From contig CM074805.1 of the NCBI GenBank assembly GCA_037447605.1, positions 1,769,361-1,833,360 of the forward strand: a stretch of 64,000 bases of DNA. The letters are read 5' to 3'. Of this stretch, positions 45,853 through 58,300 are shown piece by piece. The notes beneath the pieces were generated by a model, which was not told the DNA's origin, made no database searches, and saw only the letters and a list, made by a program, of their open reading frames with translations. The number at the start of each line of letters is the position of its first letter. The first letter of the stretch is position 1. The stretch comes from Zygnema circumcarinatum SAG 698-1b (lineage: Eukaryota; Plantae; Zygnematophyceae). Made by a program: the position numbers and the translations under genes.

Positions 45853-46145
45853 GAATTCTCAGGGAGCCTCGACCTTTCTCTTGCAGCCGGCACTATCTGC
45901 CAAGTTACATGCCACGTACAGAGCTTTGTGATGGTAGTATAGGCGGACACCAACGTCCGCTGGGGTGTCCTCCGGGGCTTGATACCATTGGGGAGAATTT
46001 TAACCAACATTAGCTAACTAAGGCATGGGTCCGACATAAACTCTAGTTCAAAAAGTGGAAGTAAGGGGAGGGAATAATGATACGGATACGGATACGGATT
46101 AGTGAAGAGCCGCTGCAGAGCCAAAACCTAGCATGGGTGAAGGAA

Positions 46146-47646
46146 ATTGGGTTTAGGTTTAGGATTTAGGTCTTAGAGGGTAAGGTTAGGGTTCGAGGTT
46201 CAGGGTTGTGCCTGGGGTATAGGGATTATAATTCATGATAAAGTTTCGGGTTTGAGTTTGGGGATTAGGGTGTTGGGTGTAGGGTTTAGGGATTAGGGTG
46301 TAGCGTTTAGGGTTTAGTGTTTTGCCTTCAGGTTTTTAAACTTTAGTTTATGGTTTAGGATTCAATGTGCATTTTTCAGGGTTTAGGGTTTGGAGGTAAG
46401 GGTCTAGGGTTCAGGGCTAAGGGTTTAGAGTTAGGGTTTCGGGTTTACAGACTACAGTTAGGGTTTCAAGTTTAGATTTAACGGTTTATGGCGTAGGTCG
46501 AATTTTCTGTAGCTATGATAACATTTTTGCAGCCTTTTTTCACTAAGAATTGCCAACAATGAGGGGTGGGACTACTTTAACACGGCATTTTTTCTACAAT
46601 AGACGTGCTGCCACTAAAATAGTGATACTTCGTAATATCATTTACGAGGATGAATAGTAGCACGTGTTATATATTGACGGAAGAGAAGTGGAAGACAAAG
46701 TGGACGAATGTCCACAGCTCTCCCGGGCAGCCAGGCGCTTAGGGTTTACGTTTCATGGCTGAGAGCTAGGCCTAGGGTTAGGGTTTATAGTTTGGGGTTT
46801 CGGGTTTGGGCTTTGGGATTAGGGTTTAAGGTTTCGGGTTTAGGATTGATCAATGGTATGGGGGTTTAGGGTTAAAGGTTTCGGGTTTAGGGTTAATCAA
46901 GGGTATGGAGTGAAGTTTAACGATTAGGGCCAAGGGTTTAGGGTTTACAGTTCATGGTTCAGGGTTAGGCCTAGGGTTACGGATTATGGTTTAAGGTTTG
47001 AGGTTTAGGGCTTGGGTTTGGGTTTTGGCTCTAGGTTGAGGGGTTAGGGTTTATGGTTTCGAGTTTAGGGTTGAGGGTGTGGAGTGGGGGATTAATGATT
47101 AGGGCTTAGGGTTTGTGCTCTCGCGTTTAAATTTTAGGGTTAAGGGTCAGGGGTTTAAGGTTCAGGGTTCAGCGTAACGGTTAGGATTTAGAATTTACGG
47201 TCTAGGGTTAGGGTTAAGTGATCAGGGTTCAGGATCCATCGTTCAGGGCAATTAGTGTTCAGGAACTAAAACTCAAGGTTTAAGATTTGGGGGTGGGGGC
47301 TGGGGATTAAGGATTTGAGTTTGAGGGTTCCGGCTTCAAAGATCAGGATTTCGGGTTAAGGTTTAGGGTTTACAGTTCAGAGCTTAGGGTTTGAGGCTTT
47401 AGGGTCTAGGATTAGGGGGTTTAGGGAGGGTTCAATGATCGGGGTTATGGTTTCGGGTTTAGGGTATGAGGTTAGGGTCGAGGGATAAGGAAACACGGTT
47501 AAGGGTTAAGGATTCAGGGTTTAAGGAGAGTTCAAGGATATGGTTATGGTTTCGGGTTTAGAGTTTAGGGGATAAATTAGGATTTCGGGATCAGGAATCA
47601 CGGTTCACGGTCTAAGTTTTCAGGTTTTAGGTTTAGGGTGAGGGCT
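46146..47646 (+). repeat. Degenerate interstitial telomere-like array (TTTAGGG/TTAGGG variants), interrupted at ~46495-46735
   Basis: Continuous GGGTTTAGGG-type variants with the G-rich strand on +. Confidence 0.9.
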
Positions 47647-47980
47647 AGAGCAGGGACTAAAGAGTGCATGCATGCGGGAGCGAGCCCATGGGCCGTCCAC
47701 TCGTCGGCGCAATATGCATCGACACTGGAATCAACGGCTGTGAGCGGCTGCGAGCTCGACCGTCGGGCACATCGCAGACGCTCGTTGCTACGGGAGAACA
47801 TTTTTTCAGCGGACCTATGTCGAGAGTACTTGAATCTGTTGAAAGGAACTGTCAACACAAAGTTTCTGTCCTAGTTCTGCTTACTACATGTACTTGAATA
47901 ACGAAAACACCCCCTCCCCCCCCTTCACCCCCCTTCCNNNNNNNNNNCACCCCCCAGTCACCAGGCGACCGTTTTGGTGG

Positions 47981-48070
47981 CCCCTCACCCCCCACCCCTC
48001 ACCCCTCACCCCTCACCCCTCACCCCCCTCACCCCTCACCCCTCACCCCTCACCCCTCACCGCTCACCCA
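47981..48070 (+). repeat. (CCCCTCA)n heptamer array, C-rich on +
   Basis: About a dozen tandem CCCCTCA units just after the gap at 47938-47947. Confidence 0.9.
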
Positions 48071-48499
48071 TCAACCCTTGGTCGTGGCTGAATGGATGAG
48101 CGCCCCCCTCGCTAAAACGAACGGTCGGGCTGTGGCGTGCAGGTACCGGTCGCTCTCGTGGACGAGTGTCCACGTAGCAGCGCCACATTGGCTGGTGGGG
48201 CTGCGCCGTGTGGTTAGCGGTCGCTGTCGGATCGATCGCTGTCGAGCGCCCGCCACTTCGGGTGTACGGGTACCTGTCCACGTCGGAATTCCCTGTCCAC
48301 TTCCGAAATTTGGGCCGCACATTTGTACCCGAATAGGAAAATGGGGTAAACATCTGTGAAAAAAAAATTAGGTGAAAATCTGTAGTACCAGCCAATCGCC
48401 GTACGGCTCTCGTCACTTCCAAAATTTATTGACAAAAGAAAAAGAAAAATCGCTTCGGCCCGACCCGCGTGGACGGGCAGCCTCAAACAATTCGATAAC

Positions 48500-48796
48500 G
48501 CCACGTGGTTGACAGGTGGCGCCCTCCGCTTGGTGCCGGCAGCCTCGACCAAAATTTCGTGCCGGCTACGGTAGGGACGGATGACCGCGAGAAAAATTTT
48601 CTTCAAAAGTTAGAAACCCTCCGCCTCGGTTTGCCAATCCGGATATTCGACGGATGACGAAAAATGACGTCATCAAATCGGCAGCTTCTGTCGGTTTTTT
48701 TTCTCCAACCGGGTTTCTCTTCTTCTTCAATTTTCCGGCGTTGCCGTATCCTCCAAGTCAAGGATTCTTATCCCCGAATGGGAGCTTGCCACGTGT
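48500..48796. promoter_or_regulatory. bZIP-type elements upstream of ABC1K
   Basis: GCCACGTGG at 48500-48508, palindromic ATGACGTCAT at 48664-48673, GCCACGTGT at 48788-48796. Confidence 0.4.
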
Positions 48797-49346
48797 ACAC
48801 GTTGTCATACGTGGCGAGTTCTGATTGGAGGGGTGCGGTGAGATTCACAGCGGAGAAAGCCCGCGCCTTGCAGGCAGGCGCCTCAGGTGTCTTGTCTCTC
48901 TGGCCGTGTCTTGAAGCGCTCGGGGCAGGCGCCATGGCCGCGATGCTGGCCGCCTCGCCACGCCTAATAGGACGGGAGGGTCAGGATTGCAGCGTCGGGA
49001 AGTTGCAGGCGCGGAATTCGACCGAAGGCCGAGATAACGTCCAAGATTCAGGCGGAGGGATGACTTAAGCTGAAGGCAGTAAATGCAGGTTTAGAGAAAT
49101 TTGATCGACAAACAGGTGCTTTAAGTTAGTGTTGGAGCATCTGAAATCTGTTAGGATAAGAAGGGACATTTGCATGTCTGTGGAGGAAGATAAAGGAACG
49201 GGTTCGTGAGGAAAGGTAGCTCAGAGCTGTAAGGGGTCCCCATTTAATTGAATGTTAAGAGGAACTGTGCGGAGCTGCTCGGGTGGTTCAGTTTTCTCCG
49301 AGAGATTGAAGGGGAAGAAGGACCTTTTTAGCTCAAAAGAACAGCA

Positions 49347-52300
49347 ATGAAAGGGCCGCTGGTCGTCCTTGCTGTAGGAGCTGGACTGTGTGGCAAGGTT
49401 CTGGTCAACGTAGTCAAGGTAGCTGCTGTTCTGACTGCGAGAACCTTCTTCCCTCGAACTTGGCCTGCTCTACAAGTTGCCTGCTGCCTGCAAATTCAGC
49501 CGTTGCGAACGCAGGTGTGAATTTGAGCTTCAACTTTCCTCCCTGTAACGCAAGAGAGAGAGAAAGAGAGGGGGGCAGAGATAGAGAGAGAGCTCCTTGT
49601 GACAGGTCTATTCACGCTTTCTTGAGTGTTTGCAAGAAGCATACGAGAACTGGCTAGATTCATGTTGGTAACTCGTCGTCACTAAGGAGATTGTCTGTGT
49701 TATAATACTTGAAACTGCCAAGTATGAAAAATAAAGCACAGCTTGCTAAGTCGTTCTACACTCCGCGTAGAGGCTCAGAATTTATTGCGAGGAGAAGAAA
49801 GGTCTCGGTTAGTTTCTTGCAAGTTAAGCCAAGGTTGCAACAAAGCCCCCCCCCCTTCACTTTCTGTCAATTTCCATCCAAGATGGCCATTTTCCAAAAA
49901 CCAGTTTGAATGCTACGGTACATATCTGTCTCTGCTTTTTTTCTGTCGCCATCAGTTTGATATAAAACTGATAACAAATTAACGTGTCACGTGCTTCTCT
50001 AACGATATTTCGGCCTTTTTTCTTTGTGTGGCGACACGTCCTGTGACCAGCTTCCAACGCCAGTGCAGATTGTCACAGCACCATTGAGACCATTTTCTGC
50101 TCCGCTGCTAGCTTTAAATATTTTTGCACCGGTAATCCGAATACTTTTTCCCGACTACTGGCGGACGTTGCGATATTGGCGACGTCTTCTGCCGATTTAT
50201 GCAGGGTACGTGACTCCTTGTAAAGAAAAGAAAGCAAGGTTGAGCCATTTTTACACTCCTTAAGTCTATAGTCACTCATATAAAGGATTAATGGACGAGG
50301 AGGATGAACCATGTTTAACATCAAAATTTCCAAAACTAGCAAGGGAACATTGCACTTGTTAGTAGTGGAGGAAGCTGGTATATGTATATGTTTTCTCTAC
50401 AACCATTAGAGCGTGTCTGTTTGTCGTACTGTTATTTATGCGTTCCCTTCTATCTGCTTGAGGTCAGCCAGGTACATGAAGACCAAATTTGCTGCAAAGG
50501 GAAAATCGAAGGAGGAACGGGATCGACTCTGGGCAGTGCGTCATAACTGGGGAGGTGAAAAGGTTTATAGGTTGACACTGGAAATGAGCGGTTTTTATAC
50601 CAAGTCTGCGCAAGTGTTGGCGAGCAATTCAGTGAGTTCCAGATACTCTACTCTTTTCTTTTTCTGAGCATTTAAAAGATTTCATTCAGTGCGTTTGTTA
50701 TTTCTTTTAGTTGATCACATCAGCATCTGGAGTCATGGCCGTTTTAAAAATTGTATATGACCTCGCATCGTTAGGTATTCATCTAAATTCTCTCTCAAGA
50801 TCATTGCAGGGATTTATGCCAGAGCCGTGGATTCGGCGGCTCTCGGCCTTGTTTGATAGTGCTCCTCCTCGCCCTTTCAGCGAAGTTTTCCGCAGCATTA
50901 GTGAGCAGCTGCCTGAAACTCCTTATGGCAAGGCATGTGGCCGGCGAGGCAATGGCCTCCCTCCAATGAGTTCTCCCTTCTTAGAAATCGATCCAATCGC
51001 TCTGGCTGCAGCCTCCATTGCGCAGGCAAGTTGATGTTGATAACTTCATCTTTCTCGCTTTCTTGTTTGCCATGGGAAGAGAAGAAAGAAAGAGAACAAA
51101 CGCTACTGGAACGCTCCTGTGAATGCGAAGAGGCCATTTGCCTGTCGTGATGTTACTAATCTTTATGGCAGCTGCTGCTGTCTATTCAGTAAGCACGAGC
51201 ATTGCTGAAGTTATTACATGCTTCCTCTTGAACAGGTACACAGTGCCCGTCTGCTTGACGGTACGTCGGTAGTGGTGAAGGTTCAACATTTGGGAATGAA
51301 GAAGTTGATGGATTCAGACTTGCGAAACATCGGACGTGTCGCCAGGTTTTTGAAAAGCCAGCTGCCTTTCGACCTCACTTCTGTAAGTTCCGTTTTTTGG
51401 GCTTCATTGTTCCTGCAAAGTGTTATTTTACACTCCTTTGTGATCGTATTCAAAGGCTCATGTTGGCAAAAAAATGGCATGTTCGGAAGCCATCCATACG
51501 TTGGGGCACAAGCAGTATGCCTTATTCACTTTCATATGTCTGCAGGACCTGGATTTTATTATTATCTGTAATGGAGAGATATTATTTGATTTGTTTTTCT
51601 TCGTCTGAATTGAACCGTTGCTCCGTAAATGAATCTTGGCTTTTTATTTTTCGGCAGATTATACAAGAGATTCAGACCACAATTCCTCTCGAGTTTGACT
51701 TCAGGAGAGAGGTGGCATTTATGCGGCACATCAAAGGGAGCCTTACAGATAACGGATTTGAAAGGGTTGTCTGCCCGAAACCTTTCACGGAGTTCTCTGC
51801 TAAGCGGATGATTGTGATGGAGGTAAAGTCCGGATATGGCTCTCTTGAAATGTCTTTAAACAAAAAATTGCCTGCACATTTAGAGCCTATGAACTAAATG
51901 TCCATGGAGGTTAGGCATTCGAGTTATTTGGTGTGACAACTTCATTCAATGTCACGATTCTTAATGTTTCTGATATAGACCTTCAGGTAGATTTGGCGAT
52001 CATTCATACAATCCACTGCATCACTTCCTAGGTGACTCCTGTCTTTTGTTCTCGTTTGGTAGGAACCATCTGTTTCTGCAATTTATCATTGGCTGCAAAA
52101 GGTAGCTGCTGGCTGACGTATCACTGAGTCTGAGGGCTTTGCAGAAACTGGAAGGAATTCCATTCTCTAAGATTGTCAATTCTTCACCAGGATCCGCGAT
52201 CAAGGTCAAGGCGCGCGAGGCTCTTGAAGCACTTGTGCATGCCTATGGCCAAATGCTTCTAGTTGATGGTATCTTCCATGCGGACCCTCATCCTGGAAAC

Positions 52301-53087
52301 CTTCTTTTGATGCCGGGAGGGCGCTTGGGCCTCCTCGATTATGGCCAGTCAAAGGTGCTCTTAGAGGACACCCGCTTGAAGTTGGCTCGCCTTTTCCTCG
52401 CTCTCGCAGCTGGGGACGAAAATGAGATCAAGGAGACTCTGACAGCTGCAGGGATGGAGTTTGGCGGCCCGGGCTATGACGTAGTCAGCAATAGTGTTTT
52501 GGCCAAGTGTGCATATATGATGTTTGATACGCGACAGGTGCCAGAGGCTCTGGTGTCTCCTTTGTCCGCAGACTGCCTGCTACAGAATGCCCCACTTACA
52601 ACATTCAATCGAGATATATGGCTGGTAAAAGCAGCTTTTCTGATCGCCTGTTGTCATTTGTGCTGCTGCCGAATATGTGTAGAAGTTGGCATTTGCTCTG
52701 TCAAATGTATGCAACTCAGCTCTATCTAGGGACTTCATTGTTTTTTTGGGATTCAAGGAGGAGGTAATGGTCCAAGAATGCTGCAGGCTCTGGCTCATCG
52801 AACTGCTCTCCTCTCCTTATCACCGAGAGTTCGATTTCCATCCTGATTGTGGACGCTAAACCATCCTGTTTAACACATGAATACTTTCACCGTTGCCTTC
52901 TTTGCAGGTAGTGCGTGCTGTGCTCTTGCTTCGGGGACTGTGCACTTCTCTCGACTTAGACATTTCCGCTGCCATTATCTGGCAGCCGTATGCAGCGAAA
53001 ATTTTGCAGGAATCGTCAGATGCTGACAGAATTGCGAGAGTTTTCTTAGCTCAGCTTGAAGGAATGAGCGAGACAGTTCAGCTCTGA
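49347..53087 (+). CDS. ABC1K: ABC1/UbiB atypical kinase (ABC1K family)
   Basis: Phase-consistent exons 49347-49514, 50069-50205, 50472-50631, 50810-51025, 51236-51382, 51658-51822, 52145-52624, 52908-53087. Motifs GFYTKSAQ, AAASIAQ|VH (GC donor at 51026), VVVKVQH, EFDFRRE, FHADPHPGN, LLDYGQ. The first exon is less certain. Confidence 0.92.
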
Positions 53088-54049
53088 GGTAGGTCGTAGG
53101 CACGGGCCTTGGCGTGGCCCCATTCTTAGAGCTTGATCTTTAGGTTGTGAGAGCTCATGGCTTTGCTTGGAGCCATTGTACTCCAATTAGAAATGTAGCA
53201 TTTTTTTTCGTGCTCCTTGTCGTGCACCGAGGTGGACTCCTATCCAATCCTATTCCCATTCATTTGCACATGTTTATTTATTTAGACATACATAGCTGTA
53301 CAGCACATAAGCTTATTGCTGTCTTGAAGAGCCTTTTGCTGTCTCTCTTAACTGATGCCCTTTTGTGTGTGAACGCTAATGTCTGATCTTTTGAGTTGGG
53401 ATTCGTACAGTAGAACCCTTCAGACGTTTGAAAGTGCTTCACCTTCCCTCCTTAATTGCATTAAAATCTGCGAGGCCAGTAAGCCAACCACTCTCTCTGG
53501 CCCCCTCTTGGCTGCACGTGGCGGCACTTCCATGTGCAACGACGGGAAAGTCCTAAAGACCTAAAAGAGCGGCAAAAAAGCGATAGGAAAAGCTAGAGCA
53601 GATCCAAAGAAAGATCAATGAGAGCATGGTAGAAAATTGGGGAGATACGACGAGGAAGATGGCTGAGAAGAGTGAAAAAACGAAAGGGCGGACTTATTCG
53701 TTCGTTTCAAGAGTTTTAGATTTAGGGTTTTTATGGTTTTTTGGCTAGTGCAGGAAGTGAACTGACAACCAACCGGACCCTAAAAACCCTAGAATTCTCG
53801 AAAAACCCTTGAAATTCGACTTTCTAAGGAGGATTGCTTTGAAAAGCACTTTCACTTTCGACTAAAAAGTCAAACTTGAAAAACGAGAAAGTAAGGATGT
53901 CAAAGCAGAGTAGCAAATAACCAAGAGTTGCAGTTTGCGTTTTACTATGGTGCAATTTAATTTACCGTGTAGGCGGGTTCCACTTATACAGTCCTACTGG
54001 AATGGCTGCAGTGTTTTGTGCTATCATTATTTGGAATTCTGAAGTCTTT

Positions 54050-54500
54050 TCCACTCTCCCCCGCTCTCTCTCCGCCTCTTCCCCTCGCTCCCTCTCCCCC
54101 TCTCCCTGGCCCTCCCCCGCGCCCTCTCCCTGCCTCACTCCCACTCCCACTCACACTCCCACCCTCCCCCTCTCCCACCCCCTCCCCCATCTCCCTCGCC
54201 CTCTCCCTCCACCTCTCCCACCCCTTCCCCCCTCCCCCTCGCCCTCTCTCTGCCCTCTCCCACCCCCCTATTCTTCGCTTTCTCCCCCCCCCCCTCTCGT
54301 CGTCCTTCTCTCCCCTCCCCCTTCCCCTTGGTCTCTATTCCTTCTCTCTTTACCCCACCTAGCACCTTCCCTTCCCTTCCCCCGCGCTCTCTCTCTCTCA
54401 CTCCCGCTTCATCTCCCACTCCCCTCTTCCGCCATACTGAGCCTCGTCTGCTTCATCCCGCTCGCCGCATTCCGTCGATCCCCGTCTCTTCCCTCCCTCC
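54050..54500 (+). repeat. Polypyrimidine (C/T-rich) low-complexity tract
   Basis: Seen directly. Confidence 0.85.
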
Positions 54501-54854
54501 TGTGTGTGTTCTTGCGCGGAATACATACATGTTTATATATGGAATGCTGACCTATTCCTGATGCCCAAACCGGGACCCCTGAACCCCCGATGAAGCAAAC
54601 GCAAAGACTGAGCTTCATTCAAGGACTGACCCATCAGAGTAAGGGCGTGCCTATGCCTCGCAAGGCAACATCCATACAGGTTTTCTTCATGTTTTTCTCC
54701 TCTTTCTTTTCTCTTTTGAACTGCAAACCCACCATGGCCCACCCTCCCCTTGAGTCAGAAAAACCAACCGTCAAGCTCCGATATTAAAAACTCCAGGAAC
54801 TGACGCTAACATCGAACTGCAAGTACCTCATTGAGCTATGTTGGCGACGCTAGT

Positions 54855-55032
54855 TGACGTCACTCTACGCTTCCTCGAACAATTCGTAGAACAGATTTGA
54901 ACGCTGCCGTCCCCCTCACAGCGCATGGAACAGCGTTGCCGCCCTCTCGTGACGTCACTTTCTTCGTTCGTACTGTTCGTACTGTCCGTATTTTTCGTAC
55001 GCTTCCCTTGAAATATCTCCCTGCCACGTGGC
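54855..55032. promoter_or_regulatory. C-box/G-box and GTAC elements upstream of starch phosphorylase
   Basis: TGACGTCA at 54855-54862, GTGACGTCAC at 54949-54958, tandem TTCGTACTG near 54966-54985, perfect GCCACGTGGC at 55023-55032. Confidence 0.45.
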
Positions 55033-55339
55033 GCGTCCCGCCGTGCCGTTAGATTCGTCCTTTTTGCGCCCATTGGCTGCCGCCAGAAAGCGCGGCCTCT
55101 CATTGGCCGGTTTGGCGGAACGGCGCCCGTTTGGTATCTGCCGTCCTGCCGAACGGCGGGCGCTTAACAGCGAGCATGGAGTGCCGGGGGGGGCCGCGCC
55201 CAAAAGCTTGAAAGCGCTTCCAGGGGTAGGGAGAGAGGGAGAGGGAGAAAAGGAGGCTTGCAGGAGCTGCTGGAGGGCTTCCTGGTGGCTGCAAAGTCGG
55301 TAGATCTACGGATCTGTTGTTGAGAGTAGGCGGAGAGCC

Positions 55340-58300
55340 ATGGCTTCCCTCTGCAATAACCAGATCGTGTCGCCTCTCCTTGCAAAGGAGTTGGTGAAGT
55401 CGGAAGATCTTGTGAGGTCGAATGTGAGGAGCAGCTTCGTCGGGCAGGCCCTGAGGGTTACTCCCTTGAACGCGGGAGTTTGCAGAGTGCAGACGGGCGC
55501 GATCCGTGTGACAAACATTGCAAGCGAGCCCAGACAAGCTTCGGCTAGCGTCAATGGAGGAGGTACTTGCATCTCGGGATGTGTGTGTGTTTGTTTGTGT
55601 CTCTGGAGGTGGCGTGCGTAAGATCTGCATGCTGCTTGGGTCTAGGTCTTGTTTGTTGATCTTGGACCAGTTGTCTGAGACCAGTTGCAAGTTCGGGCTT
55701 TGCTAATGGGAATAGAATGGGAAAGTCGCTGGTCCTGAACCTCATATTCCTTCCTTTGAAGGCAGAGTTTGTTGCAGGGCGTATGCAGCTCGGTGCTGAA
55801 TGACACTCTCCTCTTGTGGCTTTTGATATGTGGTCTTGCGCTGAGAAAAATGTACCTTTGAGGTATAGATCATTAGCTTTTTAAAAGTTCTGGTTAATGT
55901 GTGAATGCCAGATGTGGATCTTGAGTTTTGAAAGATTAGACATCAGGGCATTCTTACGTTTATAGCACTCTGATAAATAAATTGATTTGTGTTGCAGCTA
56001 CTCCTAAGGAGGGTGATGCGTTCAGCATTGCTGCGAACATCAAGTACCATGCGGAGTATACGCCTGTTTTTTCTCCTAAGACATTCGCTGCTCCCCAGGC
56101 ATATGTTGCAACTGCACAGAGCATTCGTGATACTCTTATTCAGCGATGGAACGAGACCTTTGAGTGTTTTGAGAAAACAAATCCCAAAATGGTTTACTAT
56201 TTATCCATGGAGTTTCTGCAGGTAAAGCATGTGTCTTTTACCTTCTGCGTTTTCTAGCACTTTCAGAATTATTTTCTCACAGTGAATCTTGTTGGATCCT
56301 TCTTTTCTTAAGAAATGTGTTGTGATGACCTTGACCCGCTTTTGGTAGCAGCACCCATTTCGTTTGTTGCACTAAAAGCTCGTCCAGGTTTTGTGTGCCG
56401 AAAAGGGAAATCTCGTTGTTGATCTTCAATCTAACTAACTCCATTTTTTTACCATGCAGGGCCGAGCTCTTACAAATTCTTTGGGAAACTTGGGCTTAAC
56501 TGACGCCTACTCCCAGGCGTTGCAGAAGTTGGGTGTTGCATTGGAGGACCTGGTTGAGGAGGTATGCCAGATACTTTACAAAACTCTGTTTTCAGACGAT
56601 AGCGCGCCTGGCCTCAAAAGGGTCTTCGATCATGTACCGATGCTGCTAGAAAGCTATTCCAAGACTAATTTAAGTGGCTGGATCTGCTGGATCAGTTTGC
56701 ATCTGGCATTTGAGAATGGAGGAGCAATGCCAAAATTTACTTCTACTGTCTATTCAACTTGCTTTATGTTAGCTGATTAAGGCTGGCCTGCACTACTATT
56801 GATGAAACTAATACTGCCCTGCTAATGAATTCTATGGACTGGTATTTGCAGGAACCAAATGCTGCCTTGGGAAATGGTGGCCTTGGTCGCCTTGCGTCAT
56901 GCTTCCTCGACTCTATTGCAACATTGAACTATCCTGGCTGGGGCTATGGATTGCGCTACAAGTATGGTCTGTTCAAGCAGGCTATTACTGAGGAGGGGCA
57001 GATTGAGATGGCCGAGCCCTGGCTTGAGGTCAGTTCTCTTCTGGCTTGTTATTTTGAGATATATTTTTTAAGTTAAAATGCTTTTTTTATTGCAGACCTT
57101 TCTTTATGGCGAATGCGCCTTGCTTCCATTTTTCTTTAGACTCCCTGAACTGTTATGTAAGACCTGCTGTTAAATTAAGTTTGCTAATTCAGTGATGATT
57201 TTTCTGTACTTGTAGACCGGATCACCGTGGGAAATCGTAAGGCATGACATTTCATATCCTATCAAGTTCTTTGGAGAAGTGGTGGACGGAAAGTGGGTTG
57301 GAGGTGAAAATGTGAACGCAGTTGCATATGATGTACCCATTCCTGGTTACAAGTAAGTTTGAACTAGTTATCTAAGCGCTTACACGAAGTAGTCGAATTT
57401 TACTTCTGTTCTGGTAAATCTGGAGCCATTGTTAGCTTTTGTGCGTTTGGCAAGTCCTTGTAACACATGAGACAATTGGTTCTTGATGACGTTGAATTGT
57501 TGGGCGGTTTCATCCTCTGAGAAACTGAGTTCCTTTCTTTTCAGGACCAAGAACTGCATCAGTTTGAGGTTATGGTCTGCAGTCGTGCCAGCGTCAGACT
57601 TTGATCTGGTTGCCTTCAACAATGGCGAACATGCGAAAGCAGCCCTTGCCCAGGCAAACGCAGAGAAGGTGGGGGCCGGAGATTTACCAGTGCAACTGTA
57701 TTGGCATTTTCATGAATCATAATTATAGTATTTTCGACATAAGCTTCCTGCGTTATAAGGAAGTGCAATACAAAGGTTTGCTTATTCAAAATTGTTGAAA
57801 GCGAGGTTGTAAGCTATTGGTTTTCAAAGCACGTTTTCCCCAGCGACCTTCAGGAACTTCACCATCAGCTGTGATTTTGAACTCTCTGAAATACTGATGT
57901 ACATATTGGACCATGTTGTTTTGCTTCCTTTTTCTTAATCAAATTATTGCTGATGCTCTTCCTGAGCCTCTTGCAGATTTGCTCCGTTCTATATCCCGGC
58001 GACAGCAGCATTGAAGGAAAGGAGCTCCGATTAAAGCAGCAGTACATGCTTTGCAGTGCTTCTCTCCAGGTACACTTGATTTTTAGTTCCTTTATTGGTG
58101 GACACCTGACTGTAGGATCATACTTAAAATATGGCTTCTATTCTATGCCTTTCGCTCTTATCATTCATTTTGTAGGGAACGTGCCCTAACCTAGCTCGTC
58201 CGTTTTTGTGGTCTACTTGGGTGCCTGGGGACGTTGTTTTTATATCAGGATATTGTTGCAACCTTCATTCGTAGGTCGGGTCCCGGTGGCCCTGTATGGG

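Noticed and set aside
46146-47646. A true chromosome end
   Set aside because: The repeats are highly degenerate and intact genes continue for more than 16 kb beyond them. A real end is possible only if the gap is a misjoin.
48057-48606. GC-rich, GTAC-containing segment as a transposon
   Set aside because: I found no TIR, TSD or coding similarity by eye, so it is left unannotated.
48664-49068. 134-aa ORF as the first exon of ABC1K or a separate gene
   Set aside because: It has no recognisable motifs. A phase-consistent ABC1K model starts at 49347, and this region looks like promoter or 5' UTR.
53700-53800. Telobox motifs suggesting a downstream snoRNA cluster
   Set aside because: No convincing C/D or H/ACA box pairs were found nearby.
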